Source of the DNA: Chthoniobacterales bacterium
GTDB taxonomy: Bacteria; Verrucomicrobiota; Verrucomicrobiia; Chthoniobacterales; DASVRZ01
Direction of reading: 5' to 3'
Assembly (NCBI GenBank): GCA_036388355.1
Contig: DASVRZ010000135.1
Coordinates: 5,240-69,239, forward strand
Length of the DNA stretch: 64,000 nt
Numbering within the stretch: the stretch's first letter is position 1; each line of letters begins with the position of its first letter. Below are positions 16,200-24,999 of this stretch, piece by piece. A program made the position numbers and the translations under genes. The notes under the pieces were generated by a model. It saw only the letters and a list, made by a program, of their open reading frames with translations, was not told the DNA's origin and searched no databases.

Positions 16200-17680
16200 G
16201 AATCGCTCATTTTCACGGGCTGCGCGTCCACGGCGTTCTGGACCATCTCCACATCGTTGAAAGGAATGATGTGATCGGCGAATTCCTGATTGGTCTCGTG
16301 TCCTTTGCCGGCGATGAGGACGATGTCGCGAGGCTCCGCGAGCGCAATGGCGCGGAAGATCGCCTCCTGACGGTCTAGCACGGTTTCAAATCTGCCTGGG
16401 CGCATCGCCTTGGTGATCTCGCCGATGATGGTTTCCGGGTCTTCCTTCCGCGGATTGTCGGAGGTGACGATGGAGTAATCTGCGTATTCCGTGGCCACGG
16501 CACCCATCTTCGGGCGTTTGGCGCGGTCTCGATCACCACCGCAGCCGAAAACGACAATCAGCCGACTGGGTGAGAGTTCGCGGAGCGTGCGAAGGACGTT
16601 CAGGAGAGCGTCGTCCGTGTGCGCGTAGTCGACGTAAACCTGGAACTGCCGCTTGATCGGCACGGCCTCCAGTCGACCGGGAACCTGCGGCGCGCTGGCG
16701 AGCGCTTTCACGCACTCACGCAGCGGCAGCCCCACAGCGCGGGCAGCGGCGAGAGCGGCTAGCGAGTTGTAAACATTGAAGCGACCGATCAGCGGGAGGC
16801 GGACGAGGTAACTTTTTCCGTCGGCGTCGAGTTGGTAGGTGGTAATGCTGCCATCCGTGCGAATGTTAGTCGCGCGATAATTCGCGGCAACTCCCAGGCC
16901 GTAGGTGACGAGGCGCAGCTCCTTCTCGAAGCGCGTGACGAGTTGCTCGCCGTGCGTGGAATCGATGTTGATGATTCCCACGCCCTTCTTGCGTTTTTGC
17001 TCGGCGAGTTGCAGGAACAGCAACGCCTTGGCTTCGAAATAGGCCTGGATGGTTTTATGATAATCCAGATGATCCTGTGTGAGGTTCGTGAAGATAGCGG
17101 CGTCGAATTCCAGCCCGCGGACGCGGTCCTGCATCAGCGCATGCGAGGAGACTTCCATCACCGCAGCTTTGTCGCCCGCATTCAGCGTCTGGTAGAGCAT
17201 GTCGTTGATTTCCAACGACTCAGGGGTGGTGCGCGAGGCAGGAAGCAGCCGGCGTCCGATCTCATAGCGAACCGTGCCGAGCAGCCCAGACCGAAGGCCA
17301 TTCGACTCCAGAAGATGCTTGAGCAGGTAAGTCGTCGTGGTTTTTCCGTTCGTTCCGGTGACGCCCACCAATTTCAGCTTGGAACCCGGGTGGCGGTAGA
17401 ATGCGCAGGAAAGGTCCGCGAGTGCCTTGCGGCTATCCGGCACCTGGATCGTGGTGATCTTCCACGGACTTGTGGAAGCGTCGGTGACCACCGCTTCAGC
17501 GCCACGGTCAATGGCGTCGCGCACGAATTCAGCGCCGTCCTGTTTCTCCCCTTTGAGCGCTACGAAGAGCGATCCGGGAGTGACTCGGCGGGAGTCGTAA
17601 GCAATGTTAGTAATGTCACGTTCAGCCGATCCAATAACCTCCTGGACCGGAGTTTTCGTGAGCAAGGTTTTCAATAGCAT
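16196..17680 (-). CDS. murE: UDP-N-acetylmuramoyl-L-alanyl-D-glutamate--2,6-diaminopimelate ligase
   Basis: GVTGTNGKTTTTY, FTNLTQDHLDYH, DYAHTDDAL and GCGGDRDRAKRP (DNPR motif present). Confidence 0.93.
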   Translation of the reverse strand: MLLKTLLTKTPVQEVIGSAERDITNIAYDSRRVTPGSLFVALKGEKQDGAEFVRDAIDRGAEAVVTDASTSPWKITTIQVPDSRKALADLSCAFYRHPGSKLKLVGVTGTNGKTTTTYLLKHLLESNGLRSGLLGTVRYEIGRRLLPASRTTPESLEINDMLYQTLNAGDKAAVMEVSSHALMQDRVRGLEFDAAIFTNLTQDHLDYHKTIQAYFEAKALLFLQLAEQKRKKGVGIINIDSTHGEQLVTRFEKELRLVTYGLGVAANYRATNIRTDGSITTYQLDADGKSYLVRLPLIGRFNVYNSLAALAAARAVGLPLRECVKALASAPQVPGRLEAVPIKRQFQVYVDYAHTDDALLNVLRTLRELSPSRLIVVFGCGGDRDRAKRPKMGAVATEYADYSIVTSDNPRKEDPETIIGEITKAMRPGRFETVLDRQEAIFRAIALAEPRDIVLIAGKGHETNQEFADHIIPFNDVEMVQNAVDAQPVKMSDS

Positions 17681-17687
17681 AAAAAAA

Positions 17688-19493
17688 TCAGCGCTCGCGA
17701 ACGCCTCGGGTGTTGGAAACTTTCTTCAGATCGTCCTTGGCAGCGGCCAAAAGAGCGGGATCGGGGTGCAGATCGAGCAGGCGCGCCACACGTTGGGCGA
17801 CCTTGGAAAAAATGGGGGCCGCCACCAGGCCGCCGTAGTTGCCGTTTGGAACGGTGTTAGCATCGTCCAGCAGCACATAAGCGACAAAAGCGGGATCTTC
17901 GGCAGGCATAAAGCCGCAGAAGCTGACGATATATTTACCGGCCAGGTACCCGCCGCCGGTGGGATTCACTTTTTGCGCGGTGCCGGTTTTTCCTGCCACG
18001 CGGAAACCTTCGACCCCGGCGAGTTCCGCGGTGCCTTTTTTGGTGACAACGTCGGCGAGAGAGGCCACGATCCGCTTGGTGGTGGCTTCCGAAACCACGC
18101 GCCGCACGGCGACGGGCTCAAACTTGGAAACGACGTGGCCATCCTTCGCGGTGATCTTGCTAACGACCTGAGGCATCATGAGCATTCCGCCATTTGCGAT
18201 CGCTGCCATCGCGGAGGTTAGCTGAATAGGCGTAACGCAAACTGCATGGCCCATCGGCACGCGAGTGATAGCGACTTTGTCTCCATTGAAAGGAGGATTT
18301 ACCTGGCCGCTGATTTCGCCCGGAAGATCGATACCGGTGCGGTCTCCAAATCCGAAGCGGCGCACGTAGTCGTAGAAACGCTGTTCTCCCAGCTGGAGAG
18401 CCAGTTTGGCCACACCGACATTGCTCGATTTCATGAGGATGTCGTGCACGGTCATGTCGCCGTAAGGATGGTGATCGCGCAGCACGCGGCCTCCATAGTG
18501 GAACCGGCCCGCTTCGCAGTAGATGCGGGTGTGATCGTTAACAATCCCTTCCTCGAACGCAGCCGCGGTGGCCACAATCTTGAAAGTAGAACCGGGCTCC
18601 ACCATGTCGAGAATGGCATGGTTTTTCGTCACTTCCGGCGGTGCATTATTAGCATCGTTGTTATCGAACATCGGCCACGAAGCCATGGCCATGATGGCGC
18701 CGGTCTGCGGCTTCATGACGATGATCGTCGCACCCTTCGGCTTGTATTTTTCGCAGGCTGCCTTCAGCTCCGACTCTACAATGGCCTGGATCCCGAGATT
18801 GATTGTCGTCTGGACGGTAAAGCCATCCTGCGCAGGCCGTTCCTGACCGCGGTAAAGGAGGATCTCGCGTCCGGTGCGATCGCGTTCCGTGAAACGATAG
18901 CCATCATGCTGCTGCAGATAGGTATCCATGCTTTTCTCAATGCCGGATAGCCCACGATGCTCATGGTCGAGATAGCCGAGAACGTGGCAAAGCATGTCGC
19001 CATTCGGGTAAACGCGTTTGAAATCCTCGATGAAATAGATGCCGCGCAGGCCTCGCTTGTTGAGCTCGCTTTGCAGGGCGTGAGCTGCGAGTTGATCGAC
19101 TTCTTTCTTAAGGACTATGAAGCGGCGATTTGTCTGAATCTTCGCGGTCACCTCCTCGACCGAGAGATCGAGATGTTCCGCCACGAGCGCTGCTATCTCC
19201 GCGGCGCGGGCTTGGGATTTCTCAGATTTCGACGGATTCGAATTGAGGATGTGGGAGGCGTCGGCATACACCGTCTGCACGGAAGTGTTATCCGCGAGCA
19301 CTTCGTGGTTAGCATCGACGATTCGGCCGCGCTGGGCATAGACCGGCTTCTTGACAATGTGCTTGGCGTGCGCCAGAGCGGCATAGTCATCGTGTTGATT
19401 GACTTGCAGGTAAATCAGGCGGGCCGAATAGCCGCTGAATATCGCTACGAAGCCAATGCAAACGATGAGAGCGCGCGTCTGGCAGCTTTTCAT
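17688..19493 (-). CDS. ftsI: Peptidoglycan D,D-transpeptidase FtsI (class B PBP)
   Basis: N-terminal TM helix and dimerisation domain. Transpeptidase motifs STFK (EPGSTFKIV), SSN (KSSNVG) and KTG (AGKTGTAQ). Confidence 0.93.
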   Translation of the reverse strand: MKSCQTRALIVCIGFVAIFSGYSARLIYLQVNQHDDYAALAHAKHIVKKPVYAQRGRIVDANHEVLADNTSVQTVYADASHILNSNPSKSEKSQARAAEIAALVAEHLDLSVEEVTAKIQTNRRFIVLKKEVDQLAAHALQSELNKRGLRGIYFIEDFKRVYPNGDMLCHVLGYLDHEHRGLSGIEKSMDTYLQQHDGYRFTERDRTGREILLYRGQERPAQDGFTVQTTINLGIQAIVESELKAACEKYKPKGATIIVMKPQTGAIMAMASWPMFDNNDANNAPPEVTKNHAILDMVEPGSTFKIVATAAAFEEGIVNDHTRIYCEAGRFHYGGRVLRDHHPYGDMTVHDILMKSSNVGVAKLALQLGEQRFYDYVRRFGFGDRTGIDLPGEISGQVNPPFNGDKVAITRVPMGHAVCVTPIQLTSAMAAIANGGMLMMPQVVSKITAKDGHVVSKFEPVAVRRVVSEATTKRIVASLADVVTKKGTAELAGVEGFRVAGKTGTAQKVNPTGGGYLAGKYIVSFCGFMPAEDPAFVAYVLLDDANTVPNGNYGGLVAAPIFSKVAQRVARLLDLHPDPALLAAAKDDLKKVSNTRGVRER

Positions 19494-19861
19494 TTTTGGG
19501 CGAGTATTTTGCTAGAGGCGAGCGCGTCGGCAATAATCGTTGGCTGATGGCCGGAAGCATTCAGGCGCACGACACGAGTCTGGTCGATCTCCACCAGCTT
19601 AATGAAGCCGCTTTGCAGCTGACGTTGAAGCGTCGAGTAGGAGGTGAGGGCGGTGACCTGTGAGCCGAGCGCACGGTTCTCGTCGTTCAACCGCTTCAAG
19701 GAGCCTTCCAATTTCTGGCGGTCGTCGGCGAAAGCGATGGTCTGATTCTTAATCGAGACGTAGCTCAGACCCAAAACGCTGAGGCCTGCGAAGACCACCA
19801 GCCACCAGAAGAAGGTGGCGGCGCGAACGGTGTTGGCATTTTTCCGACGATTGCGAGACAT
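19490..19861 (-). CDS. ftsL: Cell division protein FtsL-like (bitopic, coiled coil)
   Basis: Basic N-terminus, TM helix FFWWLVVFAGLSVLGLSYV, then a heptad-like segment (LEGSLKRLNDENRALGSQVTAL). Sits between rsmH and ftsI, with a 4-nt overlap with ftsI. Confidence 0.7.
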   Translation of the reverse strand: MSRNRRKNANTVRAATFFWWLVVFAGLSVLGLSYVSIKNQTIAFADDRQKLEGSLKRLNDENRALGSQVTALTSYSTLQRQLQSGFIKLVEIDQTRVVRLNASGHQPTIIADALASSKILAQK

Positions 19862-19876
19862 GGGATTTGGGGCTTT

Positions 19877-20938
19877 CTAATTTCTTTGCACGGCGCGCAG
19901 TCGTGCACTGCGGGCGCGGGGGTTGCGTTGAAGTTCGGTAGTACTAGCAGTAATGCTTTTGCGGTTGATCTGGTGATAGACACACGCCGGATTGGGCCGC
20001 GGGGCGGGCCACTCGGGGCGGTCGAGGGTTTCCTGGCTTCGCGAGCGAAAGTCCTGTTTCACCAGGCGATCTTCGAGCGAATGGAAGGTGATGACGGCGA
20101 AGCGCGCACCCGAATTCAATATATCTGGCGCTGCTTTCAGGATGGACTCCAGGGCACCGAGCTCGTCGTTAACGGCGATGCGCAGGGCTTGGAAAATCTG
20201 GGTAGCGGGATGTCTCTTGCCCCGGCGCGGGAGAATGGCTTCCACTGCGCCTGCTAGCTGGCCGGTCGTCGAAAACGGCCGGTTTTCCCGAACTCCCACG
20301 AGGTGCTTGGCGATGCGCACGGCGCTCGGCTCCTCGCCATAACGGCGGAAGATACGGATGAGCTCCTCGACGTCAGCCGTGTTCACGAGATCGGCTGCGG
20401 TGCGCGGGGCCGATTGATCCATGCGCATGTCGAGAGGGCCGTCGGCCTGGAAGCTGAAGCCGCGAGTGGCGGTGTCGAGCTGATGCGAAGAAACGCCGAT
20501 GTCGAGCAGGAGCCCGTCAATTTTCGAAATGCCTAGTTCGCTGAGAACACGAGCTAGATCTCGGAAATTCGCGCGCACAGGATGGAACGCCTCGCCAAAA
20601 GAGGCGAGCCGCGCCGTGGTGTGGCTCAGCGCGTCGGCATCCTGATCGAGACCGATGACGTGCGCGCCCGCACGCAGAAGAGCCTCGGTGTGGCCGCCGC
20701 CGCCGAGGGTTCCATCGACGAACATTTGCCCGGGCTGAGGCGCGAGGACGGAGAGCACTTCCTCCGCGAGGACGGAGATGTGGCGAAACCCTGAGGAATC
20801 TTGCGAGTGAGGAGTAGGATCCACGTTTTTCTCCAGGTAAAGAGGGTCGGCTGAGGCGTCCGCGTCGGAAATGAGTTTGTCCGTACGCAGGGCCGCCGGA
20901 TCACAAACCAATGCTGTCGGCCACTTCGCAGTAGACAT
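19877..20938 (-). CDS. rsmH: 16S rRNA (cytosine1402-N4)-methyltransferase RsmH/MraW
   Basis: HISVLAEEVL, VDGTLGGGGHTE, LLDIGVSSHQLD and FHSLEDR motifs. The start is uncertain: ATG at 20938 (38-nt overlap with mraZ) or TTG at 20911. The track ORF start at 21139 is an out-of-frame run through mraZ. Confidence 0.88.
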   Translation of the reverse strand: MSTAKWPTALVCDPAALRTDKLISDADASADPLYLEKNVDPTPHSQDSSGFRHISVLAEEVLSVLAPQPGQMFVDGTLGGGGHTEALLRAGAHVIGLDQDADALSHTTARLASFGEAFHPVRANFRDLARVLSELGISKIDGLLLDIGVSSHQLDTATRGFSFQADGPLDMRMDQSAPRTAADLVNTADVEELIRIFRRYGEEPSAVRIAKHLVGVRENRPFSTTGQLAGAVEAILPRRGKRHPATQIFQALRIAVNDELGALESILKAAPDILNSGARFAVITFHSLEDRLVKQDFRSRSQETLDRPEWPAPRPNPACVYHQINRKSITASTTELQRNPRARSARLRAVQRN

Positions 20939-21356
20939 CTTGTTTCTCCTCGATTGTCGCCTTCCAGCGGTCCGGATTCCAAATTTCGAAACGTGCGTCG
21001 CCGCCGGCCATGACCACGTCCTGGCTGATGTCGACTCGCTTGCAGTATTCCTCGGGCAAAAGCATGCGCCCTTGGCGATCCACGCTGGTTGGCTGTGCTT
21101 GCGAATAAAAATTGCGAAGGAAAATGCGCTTTTTCGCATCTTCGAGGTCGGTTCTCAGCTCAATCTTGCGCCCGATCGACTTGAACTCCTCGGGCGGCAT
21201 GACGATGAGGTACTGATTCTTCTGGTCAGGAATGACGAAAAAATCCTCCGCCTCGGCCCGGCGCCACTTGGACGGCACCGTCACGCGACCCTTGGGGTCC
21301 ACGGCGTGGCGAAATTCGCCAGCGTAAACGGGGGTAGGTGTGAGGGTGGTGTCCAT
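20901..21356 (-). CDS. mraZ: Transcriptional regulator MraZ
   Basis: Duplicated SpoVT/AbrB-type halves with D.KGR..VP / D.QGR..LP motifs (VDPKGRVTVPSKWR, VDRQGRMLLPEEY). First gene of the dcw cluster. Confidence 0.93.
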   Translation of the reverse strand: MDTTLTPTPVYAGEFRHAVDPKGRVTVPSKWRRAEAEDFFVIPDQKNQYLIVMPPEEFKSIGRKIELRTDLEDAKKRIFLRNFYSQAQPTSVDRQGRMLLPEEYCKRVDISQDVVMAGGDARFEIWNPDRWKATIEEKQDVYCEVADSIGL

Positions 21357-21385
21357 GAAGTAACATTGGAAGAGCAGGCTTTATG

Positions 21386-21432
21386 CCCCATTTTCCTCCA
21401 TATCGCCCCCCTTTTTGCCACCAAACGCCCCA
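21386..21432 (-). promoter_or_regulatory. Putative MraZ operator: five direct TGGNG/GGGGG boxes with about 10-11 bp phasing upstream of mraZ
   Basis: Reading the minus strand gives TGGGG(cgtt)TGGTG(gcaaaaa)GGGGGG(cgata)TGGAG(gaaaa)TGGGG. Box ends fall at 21432, 21423, about 21411, 21400 and 21390, which is 30-76 nt upstream of the mraZ ATG. Confidence 0.45.
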
Positions 21433-21484
21433 AATCGTCAAACAAATTCGCAGTTTGGCTCACATTCTTGCGACTTTTCGCGGG

Positions 21485-21844
21485 CTAAGGTTCGTCGAGG
21501 GGACGTTTCTCCTGGTCTCGCACATTCACCATAACGGCGAAGGTGCTGAAAACGTCCGCGCCCGTCGTGGCGTTCACCGCCCAGACGAGCACTTTGCAGG
21601 ACGTGGTGCCGCGGGATTCCACCTGGCTGAAGATCTTGATGATGTTGCCCTGCAAGACGGGCGACGAGAAATCGAACTGGCCGAAAAGCTTCGTCACAAA
21701 GGAAGCGTGCGGGAAGAGGAGGGTCGCCGCCTTGTAAGCCATGTCGTCGGCCCATTTCATCATGTTGCCGCCGAAGAGCGTGCCGGAGTGGTTGAGAAAC
21801 TCCGGGCGGATGAGGAGGGTTTTTTCGTGGCGCGCGCCGAGCAT
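21485..21844 (-). CDS. Acyl-CoA thioesterase, hotdog fold (YciA-like)
   Basis: NHSGTLFGGNMMKWADDMAY ... GTTSCKVLVWA resembles the 4HBT/YciA-type hotdog thioesterase pattern. Confidence 0.7.
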   Translation of the reverse strand: MLGARHEKTLLIRPEFLNHSGTLFGGNMMKWADDMAYKAATLLFPHASFVTKLFGQFDFSSPVLQGNIIKIFSQVESRGTTSCKVLVWAVNATTGADVFSTFAVMVNVRDQEKRPLDEP

Positions 21845-21860
21845 AAGATGAAGTGCGGGC

Positions 21861-24278
21861 TTACCGCTGATACCGCAGAAGGTGTTCGCCGAGGAGTGGC
21901 GGGAAGTCGAGGCTCTTTCTCCGGCTGTGCGTGTCGAGGAAGCGAGCTGCGGCGGTTTGCAACTCGGTCCAGCGGCTCCACGGCAGCGCGGGAGCGGCGG
22001 CGACTTGCCGGAGCAGGCTGTGCCACTCGAGCTGGGCGCGTTCGATGTCGCCCGGGCGCAGGGCCATGGTGAGAAGTTTGCTGCGGTTGGTGCCAGGCGA
22101 GGAGAGCTCGCGCATCACGTCGCCCGCGCCGTCGCCAAAGCCGACTGGAACTCCGAATTCCAGATATCCGGGGAACTCCGCCCGCTCGTAGGTGTGCGAG
22201 CAGACGAATCCGAGGCGTCCGCCGTAAGGAGAGTCGTCCCCGGCGAAACGGTGGCCCGCGCGGATGTTCGCCAGGTCGAAAATGAGATCGTCGATCGGGT
22301 AATCCGGTTTCTCCAGAGCGGCGGCAATGGCCAAACCTTCCCCGTGGGAGAAATAGCTGAAGATTTGCCCGCGCTGAGTGGGTTTCCCATCGGGAGCGAT
22401 GAGACCGAGTCGGCGCCAGGCCATTGCGGGCGAGTTGGCAGGATCCAGGGCCTCGCAATCGGCCTTGTGCAGACACGGCTGGCAAATGGCGGGGAGTTCG
22501 CGGCGAGTCGGCGGATCGATGAGGACCTTGCCGTGAGAGTCGAGATAGCCGGTGATCGGCGAGCCCGCGAAGGAAAACTGCGCGACGATGAGGTTGTTGC
22601 GCACGACGGGAGGAAGCGGCTGACCGGCGGAAAGCTTCGCAACGTAGGGCCAAACGACCTCGTGGAAGGATCTCTCGTCGAAGCGTTTGGTTTCTTTTAG
22701 GCCGCTCTCGCGAAGGAGTTTCCGCACGGGCTGCGTCGGTTGGAAAACGTCGTCCGCAACCGTGGCGACGGTGATTTCCCGGCCATAGGTTTTCTCCGGT
22801 CCCGTCGTGAGCTTGCAGAGGTTGCCGGTGCCGAGTTGATCCAGGGCTTCCGGCTGCGAGAGAACCGGAAGCCAGCGGGGGCCGCGCTTTACAACGGCCC
22901 GCTCCAAGGTGAAGACGAGCGGAGCGGGCTGGATTTCCCATTCATTGCGGCTGTTCAGCATTTCCACATCGAAGCGGCGAACGAGCCGGGCGCGTTCCGC
23001 GTCGGTGCGCAAGCCGCAGGGGATGATTTCCCAATGCAAACCGACTTCAAACCCGGTGCGGACCTCGTGGGTGCTGAAGAGCTTTTTGGTGAGGTCGATA
23101 GCGGCGGAGCAGGGATCATCGCCGTGGTCCACGGCCGCTTGCATGACGCTGACGAACGAGGGCCAATCAATGCTGTTGGGACGTCGCACGCGTTGGGGGC
23201 GCGCGTCGAAGAGCCGCGGAAGATCGGGAGTGGAAAGGACGTAGCCTTTTTCATCCAGGCCTCGACGACCGGCGCGTCCAAACATTTGCAGTAGCTCGTC
23301 GGAGCGGAGTTCGTGGGTGTGGTGGCCGGATTGATAACTGGTGCCGGTGACCATCACGCTGCGGACGGAGAAATTAATGCCCGCCGCAAGCCCTGTGGTG
23401 GAGACGATCACCCGGAGATGTCCGCGTTTCGCCAGCGGCTCGATCAACCCCGCGCGCACGGCGTAGGAGAGCCCGCTGTGATGCCAGGCGACGCGGTTGG
23501 TGAGTAGTTTGGTGAGGAGTTCGCCGGCGAGTTGCCGCTGTTCGTGGGAGAGCGGCAGCGGGTCGGGTGCGGGGAGAGAACTCGCGATCGCGATGGCGAG
23601 ATCTTCGGCAGTTTTGCGGCGCGGCGCGAAGATGAGCAGGGGAGACAGCTGGTTGGAAATGGCGCGGGCGACGAGCTTCGGCCAGTAGCCGGTGATGTTC
23701 GACGGGATCGGCGAGCGGAGGTCGTGCGCCATGATTTCCTCCAGGGGAACAGGCCTCTCGTCGGTGCGGACGAGAGCCGCTTTTCGTCCGAGACGCTCCA
23801 GCCAATCGGCCACGGATTGCGGGTTTTCCACGCTGCCGCTGAGGAGGAGCAGTTGCGTCTGCGACGGAGCCAGTGCGAGGCAAAGCTCATAATTAACGCC
23901 CCGCTGCGCGTCACTGAGGAGCTGATATTCGTCAATGACCAGCAGTCGCGGACCGCGTCGCTGGAGAAAGGCGGCTTTCTGGGTTTCAAGCGTCGCGACG
24001 ATGACGCGGGCGTGGAGGTTTTCCGAAATGTCCCCCGTCGCGATGCCGACATCCCAGCCGCGGGCGCGCCATTCGGCGAGTTTGTCGTTGGCGAGAGCCC
24101 GAGTCGGAACGGTAAAAATCGCCTGCCCGCGGAGCGCCGGGTAGAGCATTTCGAAGACAAACGTCTTCCCCGCACCCGTCGGCGCGTGGACAACCACGTC
24201 GTGCCCATCCCGTAGCAGCCGCACCGCCTCCTGCTGCCAGAGGTCGGGCAGAGCAAGACCTATTTCCAAACCGCGCAT
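21861..24278 (-). CDS. SF2 DExH-type helicase, Ski2/HelY-like (805 aa)
   Basis: Motif I HAPTGAGKT, motif II DEYQ, motif III SGS, motif VI MFGRAGRRG. The C-terminal half has a Ski2/DSHCT-like segment (AWRRLGLIAPDGKPTQRGQIFSYF...AIAAALE). Confidence 0.8.
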   Translation of the reverse strand: MRGLEIGLALPDLWQQEAVRLLRDGHDVVVHAPTGAGKTFVFEMLYPALRGQAIFTVPTRALANDKLAEWRARGWDVGIATGDISENLHARVIVATLETQKAAFLQRRGPRLLVIDEYQLLSDAQRGVNYELCLALAPSQTQLLLLSGSVENPQSVADWLERLGRKAALVRTDERPVPLEEIMAHDLRSPIPSNITGYWPKLVARAISNQLSPLLIFAPRRKTAEDLAIAIASSLPAPDPLPLSHEQRQLAGELLTKLLTNRVAWHHSGLSYAVRAGLIEPLAKRGHLRVIVSTTGLAAGINFSVRSVMVTGTSYQSGHHTHELRSDELLQMFGRAGRRGLDEKGYVLSTPDLPRLFDARPQRVRRPNSIDWPSFVSVMQAAVDHGDDPCSAAIDLTKKLFSTHEVRTGFEVGLHWEIIPCGLRTDAERARLVRRFDVEMLNSRNEWEIQPAPLVFTLERAVVKRGPRWLPVLSQPEALDQLGTGNLCKLTTGPEKTYGREITVATVADDVFQPTQPVRKLLRESGLKETKRFDERSFHEVVWPYVAKLSAGQPLPPVVRNNLIVAQFSFAGSPITGYLDSHGKVLIDPPTRRELPAICQPCLHKADCEALDPANSPAMAWRRLGLIAPDGKPTQRGQIFSYFSHGEGLAIAAALEKPDYPIDDLIFDLANIRAGHRFAGDDSPYGGRLGFVCSHTYERAEFPGYLEFGVPVGFGDGAGDVMRELSSPGTNRSKLLTMALRPGDIERAQLEWHSLLRQVAAAPALPWSRWTELQTAAARFLDTHSRRKSLDFPPLLGEHLLRYQR

Positions 24279-24323
24279 CCTCCAACTGAAAGGTGTTGCG
24301 CGTCCGTTGCAAGGGGAACGTCG

Positions 24324-24746
24324 TTACGAGGTGCCCGGATCGTAAGATCCGCCGTAGCTCGCCTTGTAGAGAGCCAATCCAGTGAGTCGGCTGATTTCCT
24401 GAAAGTGTTTATCGAGCGAGTAAACCCGGCAGTTGTTCTCGATGGCTATCGTTGCGATAACGACATCATTCCAGGGAACCGTGACTCCCGAATCACGGAG
24501 CTTCCAGGACATCTTTTTGGCGGACTCCCAGACGGAGTCCTTCATAGGAACATAAGGAATAATGTCGAAGAAGAAGCTCAGCGGCTTGCGCATCTCCTGC
24601 CGGGCTGCACCCAGTACCTCCAGCTTTACCGGACCGCAAAAGGCAGCTTCATATTCCTCAAGAAGGCTTTCCAAGGCTACTTTGACGTGAAGATCTCCTT
24701 TGGGCCGAGAGGCCTCGATCCACACCGACGAATCCACAATGACCAT
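24324..24746 (-). CDS. vapC: VapC-type PIN-domain ribonuclease toxin
   Basis: MVIVDSSVWIE (first acidic residue), NDVVIATIA, and SLDKHF near the C-terminus give a PIN acidic-residue layout. There is a 1-nt TAATG junction with the upstream antitoxin. Confidence 0.85.
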   Translation of the reverse strand: MVIVDSSVWIEASRPKGDLHVKVALESLLEEYEAAFCGPVKLEVLGAARQEMRKPLSFFFDIIPYVPMKDSVWESAKKMSWKLRDSGVTVPWNDVVIATIAIENNCRVYSLDKHFQEISRLTGLALYKASYGGSYDPGTS

Positions 24747-24952
24747 TACTTGTCGAACTTATCGGGATCGTAGTCGGGCTCGAAAGCATCCGCGAATGCA
24801 CCTTCCCGGATGAGTCTGCCAAACTCTTTAGCTTTTTGCCGTTTGACGAATTCCTCAACAGCCAAGCTGATCGCGGGACTTTTCTTGCTCTCGCCAGTGA
24901 TGGCTTCTAGGTCTTTCAAGACGCTTTCATCGATGTCGACTGTGATTCTCAT
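24746..24952 (-). CDS. vapB: VapB-type antitoxin (ribbon-helix-helix / DUF2191-like), 68 aa
   Basis: MRITVDIDESVLKDLEAITGESKKSPAISLAVEEFVKRQ is the typical small antitoxin that precedes VapC. Confidence 0.8.
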   Translation of the reverse strand: MRITVDIDESVLKDLEAITGESKKSPAISLAVEEFVKRQKAKEFGRLIREGAFADAFEPDYDPDKFDK

Positions 24953-24999
24953 GAAGCAACGTGATGCAGAATGATGAAATGTAAAGCTCTATATGATGC

